From: Guillardia theta CCMP2712
Lineage: Eukaryota > Protista > Cryptophyta
NCBI RefSeq assembly: GCF_000315625.1
Contig: NW_005434605.1
Coordinates: 376,273 to 440,272, forward strand
Direction: 5' to 3'
DNA length: 64,000 nucleotides
Below are positions 1-17,754 of the stretch, piece by piece. The position numbers and the translations under genes were made by a program. The notes under the pieces were generated by a model, which saw only the letters and a list, made by a program, of their open reading frames with translations, made no database searches and was not told where the DNA came from. Numbering within the stretch: position 1 is the first letter of the stretch; each line of letters begins with the position of its first letter.

Positions 1-351
1 TGAGTCCAAGGAGATTTAGTGATACACGGAGGCACAGCAGCAGGTTAGAGGTTTCCCAGTCGATGTCTTAGAGCGTAGACGATGCCCCCAAACTGTTCCA
101 GAGCTGCTGGACTGGCATTCAAGACGAGTGGTATCTTTGCTCTATTCATTGAAACAAAATCGTTCAGAATCACCAGCAACCGTGTTTTTGCACTTTGTTC
201 GTATCCCATTTCCGTATGTGGTAGGAGAGATGAATGTTGTTCATATGCTTGTATTTCCGTGTTGTGATGAACTTGAAGCCACGTCAATGACGGTCTCGCA
301 ACATATCAAGCTCGTGGGAAGTACCCCGGCGTTAATATTCGGTGGCAGGAC

Positions 352-1630
352 ATGAAGGTGGATGTCGTTCACTGTGCTGGGCACAAGCGCAAGCTCTGCT
401 CGCTGGGGACGGGCGAGGTTGTGCATGTCTTGAACTTTCGGGCACATCCGGACAAGACGCAGGAGTTCGAGAGGATCGCGCAGAGGCTGGCCCACTGCTT
501 CTACCACATGGAGTCGGGGATCAGCGACGTACGGGTCTGCCATCCCAAGTGCGGAGAGGTATGCTTCGTGCTCACGTTCCTCAGCAAGAGCGACCTCGAG
601 AGGTTCCAGGCCGGGCCCGAGCGCGACGCGACGGAGGCGCTGAAGTCATGCATCGAGGGGGGGATCCCCTCGTTCGCGGTGTCGGGGACGCTGATGCCGG
701 ATACGCACACTTTCTCCTCCCTCCTCACGTTCCTCAAGGCCAACATCAAGGGGAGCAACTACAACGCGCACGACTGCGAGGTTGTGAAGCGGGAGATGGC
801 GAAGTGGTTCCCGAGGAAGGAGGAGTACGAGAGGTACGTGTACTGGGACCCTGCCGACCCCACCAAGTACACGAGGAATCTGGTGTTTGCCAATGAGCAC
901 ATGGACGTCCTGCTCATGTGCTGGCCGCCCCACTCGAAGAGCGCGATCCATGGGCACGAGGACAGCAGCTGCTGGGTGGTGCTGGTGGAGGGCGAGGTGC
1001 ACGAGATCCAGTACAACGTGCCGAAACTGGACAAGAAGTTCATCGAGACGCAGATGAAGAACCCGACGGGGGCGATCGGGAGGTGCTCGAAGCTGCGGGT
1101 GATCCACGAGGTGAAGCTTAGCGAAGACGGCCTGACCAACACGTACGCCAACGACGACATCGCCGTCCACCGCATCGAGAACAGGTCCGACCGGCCGGCC
1201 TTCACACTGTGAGTCTCTTCCCTCCCTCTTTTCCTTTGCCCTCCTCCTTACCGGCTCTCGGTAGGCACGTGTATGCGCCCGGGCTGAGGAAGATGAAGAT
1301 CTTCAAGGACAGCGGGGAGGTATCGCTCCGATCGCTCTCCCTCCCCTTCCTCGTCTCCTCATCCCCTCCCATCCCCTCCCCTCCTCTCCTTGCTGCTGTT
1401 TCCCTGGCTGTCACGCTGATCCGGGGCTCCTCCTCCAGGTGTTCGTCTACTCGGTCGCTTCCATCCCCTACATGTCCGAGCATGGCAGTCGCACGGGGAG
1501 ATGGGGGAAAGACACGGACCCTGACGGCATCCTCGACATCGAGGCCTGGAACAAGAACCAGCTCGGCAGCTCTCCTGTCATCTCCTCCATGCCCAACCCC
1601 CCAGACATGGAAGTTGGTCCTTCGATCTGA
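352..1630 (+). CDS. CDO1: Cysteine dioxygenase (cupin) with N-terminal ABM-like domain; exons 352-1208, 1265-1319, 1439-1630
   Basis: CDO motifs YTRNLV, LLMCW, SAIHGHEDSSCW (two His ligands plus crosslink Cys), VHRIEN (third His), and TLHVYAP restored by splicing GT-AG introns 1209-1264 and 1320-1438. Confidence 0.88.
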
Positions 1631-1905
1631 GAGCATTGGAACAGGGATAAAGATGATGAGGGAGAGGAGGAGGAGCAGAAGTCGTGGTGGTGGTGGTGGG
1701 AGGTGAGGAGGAGAAAGGAGATTAACGCTTGAGCTGGTGGAGACATCTATTGTTGGTCCACCATGCAACTTCCTAGACGCTGGGGATGGTGCCATCAGAC
1801 CTTTTTTCCCTCCTCCTCCTCCTCCCCTTCCTCCCCCTCCTCCCCCTCCTCCTCCTCCCTCCTCCAGGACGGGCACAAACATGCTCGGAGCGCACCTGCA
1901 TCGTG

Positions 1906-8128
<6,223 letters not shown>

Positions 8129-8903
8129 CGTCAGGAGGAAGGAGGTCTCCGACCGTCTCGTCGCGCGACAACTCAGTCAGCTCGGATGCCTGCTTCATCT
8201 CATGCTGCTCGTCTCCTCTTGCTCCTTCATGTCCCCGCGTTCCTATCCTCACCTCCGGTCCTTCCCTGCATTGCGACGTTTGACCATGATTTGACCCAAT
8301 AGGCGTTACGGAAAAGGGAAATACGTTACCTTGTTGGCTCGGCCGCCGCGGGCAGCAAATGCAAGCACTCGGGAAGCAGTGACCGTGGAGGGTAGAGGAG
8401 GAGGGGGAGTGGGGGGGAGGGGAGGAGGAGGAGGATATGAAGCAGATGGGGAGGATGACCATGACGAGCGTAGGTTTTCACATGGGGAATCATGAGAAAG
8501 AACAGGAAGATAGAGTGAATTGAACTGAATAGTATACAGGCATAAGCAGAAAGTTTTGTGTGTTTGGGGGCAGGGATTCAATCTTAATCTTCTTGGGAGT
8601 CAATATTAGTCTGTTCCACCACGTAGCTATGAGAAGCTGCAGAGAGGTTTGGTGTTGAGATGTGAGGCGTGGGGCTGGTAGGTGGAGCGGGCAGAGGTTG
8701 GTCATTGATGAGAACTTGTACAACATGGAGGACTGCCGCAGTATGACAAAGGACGTAGTGAACACCGAAGAGAGAAGAGCCTTCTGACACCTTACAGCTC
8801 TAGCTTGTAACTGACTTCTATCGCCAGGTGATCGCTGTTGGGCGATTCAGAAGACGAGTGAGACGAAGACGGGGCCCTTAGGGACTGGAGACCACAAGCG
8901 AGC

Positions 8904-9811
8904 ATGGCAGAAGAGTTCACAAACTTTAAACTGAAGATTGGGAGCACAATACGGAAGACGGGAAAGAGAGACGCAGGCGCAGAGCAGTACGAGACGCTCC
9001 TCTTCACCTTCAGGCCGGACTCGATCAAAGATCAGTCCGGCGTGCTCTGGAGAGGGTCTGCAAACCCCAGCGACAAGAAGAAGGAAGGCAACAAGGTATA
9101 CGTCAGCTTCGAGAACCAGGACGTAGCAGCGGATGGCAAGACAAGCAGCGGGCACTACTTCGAGGGGAACATGGTAGCAGCCAAGGACGACTGCATCCTC
9201 ATCGTTGACGAGAGCACCGGCGAAGCTGTTCTCGAGAAAATCTCTGGGAGCACAAGGTTGACCAAGTTGTCCAAGGTCTCACTTCCAACGAGCAAGCCTG
9301 CTCCTCTCCCCGACTCCCTCAAGAGGATGTTCTCACATGTGGACCAGTCGGAGCCAGCGGATGAAAGACCATCCAAGGCTCCGTACCAGCAGTACTACAA
9401 TCAGAACAATGATGAAGCATCGTCCTCTGACTCGTCCTCTGATTCATCTGACGACGACGACGACGAGCCTGTGAGCGCTTGCTTGCGAGTCTGCCGCGAT
9501 GCTATCTGACACCAACAATGTTACAGGAGACGGCGCCTCGTCAAGGTGGAGGCAAGGGGTTGATGGGATCTGGTGGAGGGAAAGGAACGATGTCGGGAGG
9601 GAAAGGAACAATGTCAGGAGGAAAAGGGTTGATGAAGGTTATCTTGAGACGCATCCTGCTGCTGAAACTTACTGCCTTACTCCTACCTAGCCTCCCGAAC
9701 CTCAGTCATCCGAGTCGAACTCCGACAGCGATTCAGGTCTGCGAAGAATTCCCGACCACTCTCGATCTGATGTTTGTTGCAGATTCGGATGAAGATTCAG
9801 ACCCGGAATGA
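8904..9811 (+). CDS. EAF: ELL-associated factor (EAF)-like transcription elongation protein; exons 8904-9470, 9527-9637, 9691-9736, 9783-9811
   Basis: FKLKIGST..YETLLFTFRPDSI..FEGN..KDDCILIVDESTGEAVLEKI matches the EAF N-terminal domain pattern; Ser/Asp-rich tail; three GT-AG introns keep frame to TGA at 9811. Confidence 0.78.
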
Positions 9812-10839
9812 AATGATTCATCATCTTTTCAAATCTCAGTCAGTGCCCCGTCAGATTCTCCCCCGATGTCACTGCGGTGGCTTGCCAACCCCTGTGACTG
9901 AGTCCGCTCCTCACTCTATCGGACTCCGTGGCCGCTTTCTGGAACCGTAGAACCGCCGTGTAGTACTAAACCCTGCCCGCCGCCGGCACTGTGAGAAACT
10001 TGCAAAGTAAATAAGTCCAACTGACTGTGAGGGGATCATGGCACTCATCGTCCGATGGCGGCGACCGTACTGATCGGACGCCGGGGTGACCGTCCAGCCT
10101 GGCAGGTCAGGTACTATGCCAAGGCTGATGGACTCACATTCTGTACCGTTTTTGCCCAGGAAAAACAAAGCTCCCGAAAAGACGGTGGCTTTTCTCAGTT
10201 CTTGGTGTCCCCCAGCCGGGCTAGCCTAGTAGTGACCGTACCTGTTATATAGTTTATGACCGTACCCGTCATTCAAGGCTGCCACCGACTCAAAGGCCCG
10301 GCCGCCGCCCCGTCGGACTCCCCCGACTCGGACCAGGCCGACCGTGACGCCCGGGGGCCGGCCGCGGCCTCAGCGGCTGCCCTTCAAGTTTTTTTGCGCG
10401 GCCACTGTGACAGTGCGGCCTGTGAAGGGCCAGGCTGGCGAGTCACTGGCACTGGAAAATCCGAGGCCCGGGTCACCGGGAAGGTCCGAGGCCCGGGTCA
10501 CCGGGCCGGGGTTTTGTCAACTGTAAGTTCATGGTTGTAACTTAACACCATACGGTACGTCCGGGGGGGGGGGGGGGGGGGCGGCCTCAGCCCGGCCTGT
10601 GACGGCGTACCCGGGTCGGAGTCGCCAAACTTGAAACTTGAAACTCAGTTCAGACTTTCCGAACCATTCCGACCTGGGCCGGTGGCAGGCCGCGCCCTCC
10701 GCCCTGAATGCGACAGTGCCCGCGGGTGGTCAAACTTTGGTCAATTCATGGTCATTCCATGTCCGACAACTTGTGGCAACACACGGTGACCGTGGTCAAA
10801 CTCTTTACTTAAAAAGTTAAGTTAAAAATCAAAGTTCAC

Positions 10840-12600
10840 ATATGGGAAGGGGGGGATGGGGGGTTGACGGTGACGAACTTGTGGGGTAGGGTAGGTTGAA
10901 TATGAAGATTCGTATCTGGGACGAAAAGACGAGTTTTCGATTCGTAATCGTTTCTTTCCTCTGGGGAGTCCCAAGCAGTGGTCTCCCCAGCTTTCCTTGG
11001 GGACGTGCCGCACCCCCACCCCCATACAGTCATATTGTCTACCCCCACCCTTATTTAGACATTAGTTTACACGGGGGTAACCCCCACCAAGAAAGACCCA
11101 CCGGTGTGATGAATGTCCCCTGCTACCACCCCCGCTTGCACCTTCTTGTGCCCACCCCCCCTCATTTTCTTTGCTTTGGTTACCTGTCGTGCCACACCCA
11201 ATATGATCGTAAGAACTTTCCGACATTCTTCGTTCAATAGTTCCTCTTTTTTCAAACTTGAAGCCCTTCAAAAGTACCGTTACCACCCACCCACGACTGA
11301 TGGGATGGACCCCACCACACCCTTCATTACCTGGAATTACCACCCCCACCCCCTCGTCTTCCCACGAACCTCTTCAGATTTGGATCAATCCTCACACACT
11401 ACCCCAACGATTCCCATCAGCCCCACTGACCTTATCTAAGTAATACCCCCACCCCTATTTGCTTTTCCTATACCCCCCTATATTCCCCTGATTGCCTTGG
11501 AGAATCATCCTACTGTAACTGACCCCTACCCCCTCAATTTTACCCATCCCCGACCTTGCTCTACGTCCCTCCCCTCACAGATGACCTGGACTTGCCTAGT
11601 TTCATAGCTTCAATTGACTTGCGAGGCACCCACCCATGAGATCTGAGGGACCCTTCACGCTATCCGAACCCCCTCCACCCCTCTATCCGATTCGGACTTC
11701 TCTCATAAATTAACAAGGTTTGGTTGGATTGGAGGTTGCAAACTTCAGGGGTGGGGTAGTAAATTGACCGGTTCTTTGATATAAAATAGTGGGGTAGGGT
11801 ACCCTTTGCAAAAAGGGTGGGGTACTCCGAAATATTGTCCAAGTTTTCTCATTGGTGGGGTACTTCGGTGAAAACGGGGGTGGTACGATTGACGGCGCAT
11901 TACATCAAGAGAATAGATAGGGGGTAGGGTCATTCACTAGACCCCTTCCTTGCTACGACGCACCATCCTTTTCGGGAGGGAACCCCAGTACCCCAATGAT
12001 TATTTTCCTGTTGCGAGAATAGTACCCGTACTTTACTCTTTCAAAATACCGGTCATAATGGATAACAAAGTACCCCCGTACCCCCACTATCATGGAAGGC
12101 TACGACATCTGCTCTTGCCCACAAGGTATACCCTACCCATCCCACCACCCTCCACCCCTTACCGACATTCCCCACCCCGCATTTAACCCCCACCCTTTCA
12201 CAAACCCCCTGTTTTCAATCACCCTACATTTGATAACCCCTACCCCAATATTACATTCTTTGTACCCCCCTTCTGTCCTTTCCTTCCATCGAAGTTTGTA
12301 CCCCCACCCTACTTATTGTTATGACCTCCACCCCTCCATCTTTACACCCCCAGATTGAAGCTAAGAGTTCAGGACCGGTACTTTCGTAATGCAATCACCC
12401 CACCCCCTCGATCTGGCGGTGGGTATAAATAGGGAGCCGAGGGTGATAGGGAGGGTTCTGGTTTTCCCTCCGACTGCACCCACGCACATCGGTCATCGAC
12501 CTTTCTGTGCTCCTTCCTGTCTCCCTCCTCTCCCCCCCCCCCTCCCTTCTCCCCAGCACCTCGTTAACTGTGCTTCCCGACCCTTCTCTGCATCCCCCTC
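10840..12600. other. Non-coding GpC-poor, GGGGT/ACCCC- and GTAC-rich island (possibly decayed repeat)
   Basis: No credible ORF; composition shared with 16.2-16.9, 26.9-29.0 and 60.5-60.9 kb. Confidence 0.6.
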
Positions 12601-12738
12601 CCCTCCTCTCATTTCTTGACCCGAATCCCGTGCCTCTTGTCAGCACTTAAAACTCCTGACTGCTGGCGTACCTACACATCGTGGTTGGGTTGTTGGGGAT
12701 TGGACAAGAACCTGAAGGGGCAGCGTGTTGAGAGTGTT

Positions 12739-13242
12739 ATGAGCATCATGCAACCGATGCAAAGTATGGAGCATAGTCAGTCGCTAAGCTTATTGATGCC
12801 AAGCCAGCAATATTCTCACGCATCAGACGCCACGACAAGACACGAGTGGAATGCTAGTGTATTGACTGTGGGTGAAGACGGACAAGATCTATCAGCATGT
12901 GAACAGCAGGTGTGTTGTTGTCTTTGTGGTGCAAATACCTCTTTCTCACTGTTCTTTCCTCAGTTAAGCGACCTCAAGTTAAACGACAAACCATTCCTCT
13001 GTAGAATATTCTTTAGATCTTCCAAGACTGACTCACGAGCGGCGGGCATGTCGCAGAGATCTGCATGTGCAGAGCGAACCAGCATGGAGCTAGAAATGGA
13101 CTTCACAAGTATCTGTGATGACGAAGAATACTGTGAAGCGATCAAATCAGATATTGTGCATGCTGTGAAGACTAGAGCGTATGGGTGCTATCTTTACGGG
13201 CATGGATCGTACTTCCAGCTGCGACGGGCTGCTTCTTCTTGA
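12739..13242 (+). CDS. Hypothetical protein (~150 aa), probable 54-nt intron 12910-12963
   Basis: Open frame from ATG 12739 with a canonical in-frame GT..CAG pyrimidine-rich intron; no recognised domain. Confidence 0.5.
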   Translation: MSIMQPMQSMEHSQSLSLLMPSQQYSHASDATTRHEWNASVLTVGEDGQDLSACEQQVCCCLCGANTSFSLFFPQLSDLKLNDKPFLCRIFFRSSKTDSRAAGMSQRSACAERTSMELEMDFTSICDDEEYCEAIKSDIVHAVKTRAYGCYLYGHGSYFQLRRAASS

Positions 13243-13333
13243 TCAGTGTGAAGATGTAGAGAACGTGTATTATCTTGTGCAAAAGAACCTTACATTATTA
13301 TTGTAAATTATTATTCAAAGAATCATGACACCG

Positions 13334-15961
13334 TTAAAAGATCAGATTGCTCAGCCCTTCCATGTCGATCACCCGGTCCATGAGAAAGACGCCAATCTGT
13401 TTCGCAAACACCTTCATCCCTCCGTCAGATTTCCAACACGTTTCAACGACATCCAAACCTTGAGAACTATTTCGTCCTCCTCGCTGAAACAAGGGGTCTT
13501 GTTGAGAGCCTGCCAATGCTTGTATCAACTTCCCCCCCCCCCCCCCTCTCTGAGGTCTTGCGCTTACAACAGACCTCAAGCACGGCGATGGTGGTGGCGT
13601 CTTCCTCGGAGATGACAGGGACACAGCAGATGTTGGTGCAAACTTGGGACGGGAAGACTCGGTCGAAGGTGGGGCTGAAGAAGGGGTGCGCGAAGGCGTC
13701 GTTGCTTCGCACGCACTGAGTAGTCTCGGCCACATGCCCTGTGATGCCCTCCCCGACAAAATGCTCTATGCTCGGCGGGGCTTCCCTTGCCTGCTCCATG
13801 GAGGCCGTCCTCGACATGCCCGACTCTCTTCCTGCAGAGACGAGGGTCACGAGCGTGCTCTTGGCCTTGGACGAGTCAGCGGGGGCCTCAGGGTTCTCAT
13901 CCGGTTGCTTGATAACAAGCAGTCGCAAGCTCTCCACCTGCATGGAGCGCTGGAAGTCTTTGATCATGCCGGTGATGGAGGTGGAGCTGTTCCTCCGCTG
14001 AACCGACTTGGTGTGACGGATCGTTCGACTCCTCCTCGTCACTGACGTGGAGGCCAAGAGCTGCTCGGATCGATCCATGGTGGAGATGACGTCTTCGTCC
14101 GCGCGGGTCCAGGGCACGCTGTGTTTGCTGACCTGGAACACGCAGCTCACCTCCCCGTACATGTTCTTGAGCGGCACAGTGCAGATCCCCCTAGCAGGCA
14201 AGTCGGTGGTGCCACGGAGGTCGCGGGTGGCAGAGTACTTGGACTCCTTCCCCACGTCGTTAGTTGTGTTCATCATGGCCGTCTGGGCGGCAAGAGAGAT
14301 GAGGCCGATCCCGTCGTTGGGTACCCGCTGCTCCAGCCCCAGGGTGATGCTCTCGTCGTCGAAGAGGGTGTGGAGGAGGCGGAACTCGTTGGCAACCTTG
14401 TCGAGGTAGAAGATGCCGCATTGATCCACTGAAATGACGTTGACCGTCATGTCGTTGAGCATCTTGAGGACAGAGACAAAGTCGGAGGAGTTGCTGACGA
14501 TCTTGGTGAACCTCAGGAACCTCTGCAGGAGCTGCTGTGCTCGCCATGACGCCGAGAATGCTCTGCACTGCTCGAATTCCTTCCCGCAAACTCTTGCAAA
14601 CTCCTCGCAAAGTATCTGCATGATGCAAGAGCGATCAGATTCGGCGTTGGATGCACAAGTGACTCGGTTTACCTGTAGCTCCTTATTGAAGAAGTTGAGG
14701 ATTCTGTCGCCTTCCTGCAACTTCTTCTCCGTCATGTGGTCGAAGAGCTGCAGGCAGCCCAGCAAGCTTCCGTCGGCATCAAGGATGGGACTGCAGACGA
14801 AGGGGGTGGTTTCCTGCCCCATAATCACGTCTGTCGTCTTGTTGAAGTCAGCTGCAAGGTCGTTCCCCATCTTATAGTTCAGCGTCTTTCCCTGCTTCAA
14901 CACTTTGCCAACGATCCCGTCGATGGGCAACGGGCGATTGTTCACACCGATATCCACGTACCCGTCCTGTTTTGACTTGGATAGCGCAGCCATGACCACC
15001 AGGTGATCTCCTTCCAAGAAGAGTATCCGCCCTGACCTCGCCGCACACAGATCCATCGCGATCTCGAGCATTCGGCTCGTCAGGAGCGGAAGATCCATGA
15101 TGCTTCCTGGAATCTGCGCAATAAGAATGTCACCGACCCACCAGGCATGAGCAACAAGTGCATGGCCAAGGATGGACAGCGGGAGCAGGAGTGGGAGCAG
15201 GATAAAGTCTGGAATCTCCATACCTCCAGCATTGAGCTCATGCAGGTCATCACTTTGTTGAGGCAGGAGATCTGGTTGTATAACTCGACCAGTGAAGAGT
15301 TCCTCGCACTCTGTTGAAACTGACTGTACAGCATGTTCATCGCAAGGATGAAGTCGTCAGCCTCCATCTGCCTGCTCAATGCTCTTTCGAACAAGATCCA
15401 CATCGGGGAAACTCTGGTTTCCTCGGCAGCTGCAGGGCTCGGGGACTTCGTCTGGCATTCCCGGAAACGGAAGTACAACTGCTGCCAGATGGGGATGTCG
15501 TCATAGTTGTCCGTCTTGAACATCTTGTGGTGTTTGCTTGTGTACTGGCCATCGAAGTCAGAGCTGTTGCTGTTCCTCCCGCTCATCTTCATCCACGTGG
15601 ACAGCTCCTGTTGCTTCTGTTTGCGTAAGTCCAGTTTTTGCCTCAGCAGGTCTGACTCAGCCTCGATGAGAGAGATCTTGTTGCGCAGCTTCTGAATCAG
15701 GTTCTCCTGCTCCCTGATCTTCGCCCAGGCTCGAGCGAGAGACTTGGAGGACGACTTCTTGAGGTCCTCGATCTCTTGCGCCTGGTGCTGCAGCACAGTG
15801 TCCTTGGCCACAAGGATGGAGCCCTGAAGAGCTTCAAAGGCTGGGAAGGGGTATCGCCTCCTGCTCTCGCTCCCTCCTCCCTCATACTGATCTCTTGGGT
15901 TGCGTGAGGGTCTCCAGGGGCTGGCCGATGACACTGTGCGCCGCCTCTGATGGCTGCTCAT
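13334..15961 (-). CDS. Coiled-coil plus tandem GAF-domain protein
   Basis: Three GAF-like units (GIVGKV..FVCSPI..GCLQL; GLISLAAQT..ICTVPLKN..VFQV; GITGHVAETT..NDAFAHPFFSPTFD..NICCVPV) after a coiled coil (QAQEIEDLKK..LLRQKLDLRK). Start could extend to ~16140. Confidence 0.78.
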
Positions 15962-17754
15962 GCTCCTCGACTGCCAGCCGCTTCCCTCCTCCTCGAGCAA
16001 CCCCCGCCCTGCTGCTGGCTGCTGTTGCTCATTAGTCCGACAAGGTTCGACTCGCTTCTCCTGAAGGCCATGGCGCTCCGTGCCCTCCTCCTCCGCTGCT
16101 CCTCCTCGCAGTCCTCTACAACCTTCACCGCCGCCATCCCGTACGGCACTCCGAGGCTCCGGGCAATGAGCAAACAAACCGTAGCACGGCAGGTCAAGTC
16201 ATTTACTGTAACGGTCCGTAACGATGTTGGGATACTAGGAAATAATAACGGTTTTGTAACGGTAAATCAACCCAAAACTATGTTTCGGAAAAAGGTTAAA
16301 ATGTTAGGGTGGGTGGGCTTTCAGTACCGGGTCCTTGTACTAGAGATGATTATCTTATACAGGGGTGGTCATTTCAAATTGAACGAGAGGGAGGTAGGGT
16401 ATAGAGCAATGGGGGTCCTAATCCGGTAGGTGTAAGGGGTATGTTGCCCTGGTCAACCCATCGAAGACCAAAAGTTACCATCGAACCGAGGGGGTGGGGT
16501 GATGGGGGTACTGGTAGTACTGAATATACTTACAAGTTAGGGGTGGTCGAATGAACGGATGCGTTATGAATAGTAGTAGGGTAGGGTGGGGTCGGATGGT
16601 GTGCGTAAGGTCACTAATGGGGTGGGGTGGGTGGGTGTGTAGGTCACTACGGGTACCGTATGTTGAATTGGATCTGATAGAGGGGTAGGGTATATCCTTG
16701 GTTGGTTGAGCTGGAAGATGGTGGGGTCCTTGGTCTAAAGTTTGAATCAGTACTGTAGGAAAACATTACCACTGATTTCTTCAGTAATACTTTTAAAATA
16801 TTACACCCCCTTATTCCTCTGCAAAAAGCTGTTGAACTACCCGGGTAATACTCGAATACCTTTGTCATTTCTAGCCAATTTTGAACTATTACTGATAAAA
16901 TAATATATATCAATATTATTCAAACTGGTTTTGGTAACACCTTAAATTATTATAGAAATAAAGTTTTCAATATGGAAGTGTAAAACCACTCATGGTACTA
17001 ATTTATTGTACCACTAAGCTTCCAGTACACCTGTCCTTCCCGCCGCCGCTCCCAATGCCGCGCAGGAGGGGCCAGGGAGGGAAGAGCCAGTGATGGCAGA
17101 GCCAGTCTTTCTCGGCATGAAGCACCTGCGATGTCGTTATTGATGTGCTCATGATACTGAAAGTCATTCCATCCTCGTTCGATCTGAATATCATGTGCTC
17201 ACCATCGCAACCCCTTGTCCTTATCATTGTGGTGAGCTGGCAAGGGTCTTGATTCGATGTTTTCTATGGTGTGATGTGGAGTGTGAAGTAGCGGCCCAAA
17301 CGTTTGTCAGTAAAGAATTTCCTTCGCCTTCTGTTCTTTGTGCCTTTGTGATGGATGCTGGGCTAAGTGGTGTACTTGAAAGTGTGTGTTGCGTGAGTTT
17401 TCAAACTAGGTGAATTGATTGCGATCTATGATCCTATCACCTTTCGTCTCTTGGGAATTTTTGATATATTGAGCAAAATTCAGAAAGTTTCAGTTGCTTT
17501 GAGAAGAGTTTGTTCCTATGTAGTTTCACGATTTCTAGTCAAGGTCAACAGGAACCGACATGTCTTACAAGATTGTGATGATGTGGCTCTCTTCACGTGT
17601 TATGGCATACTTCACTTAGACCATGCAGCTGCCAAATCTTTGTCATCCAAGTCTTCATCTTGTTCATCGCAATCCTCTGATTTTTTGGCCCATCTGTTGC
17701 ATACAAAGCTTTTCTGACCTTTGCACTTCAGTTTCAACCGCACCGATTGTGAGA

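Noticed and set aside
1-350. Short ORFs upstream of the CDO gene
   Set aside because: No recognisable motifs; cannot distinguish from 5' UTR or intergenic DNA at the window edge.
8430-8900. Possible small spliced gene or EAF 5' UTR exons
   Set aside because: Splice-like signals are present but no consistent reading frame could be built.
10840-12600. Classical CpA->TpA RIP, or telomeric repeats, as explanation of the islands
   Set aside because: CpA remains abundant (CCACCC) and there are no tandem TTAGGG/TTTAGGG arrays; GpC loss fits better.
17003-17717. Short ORFs upstream of the nucleoredoxin-like gene
   Set aside because: No domain or convincing splice model.
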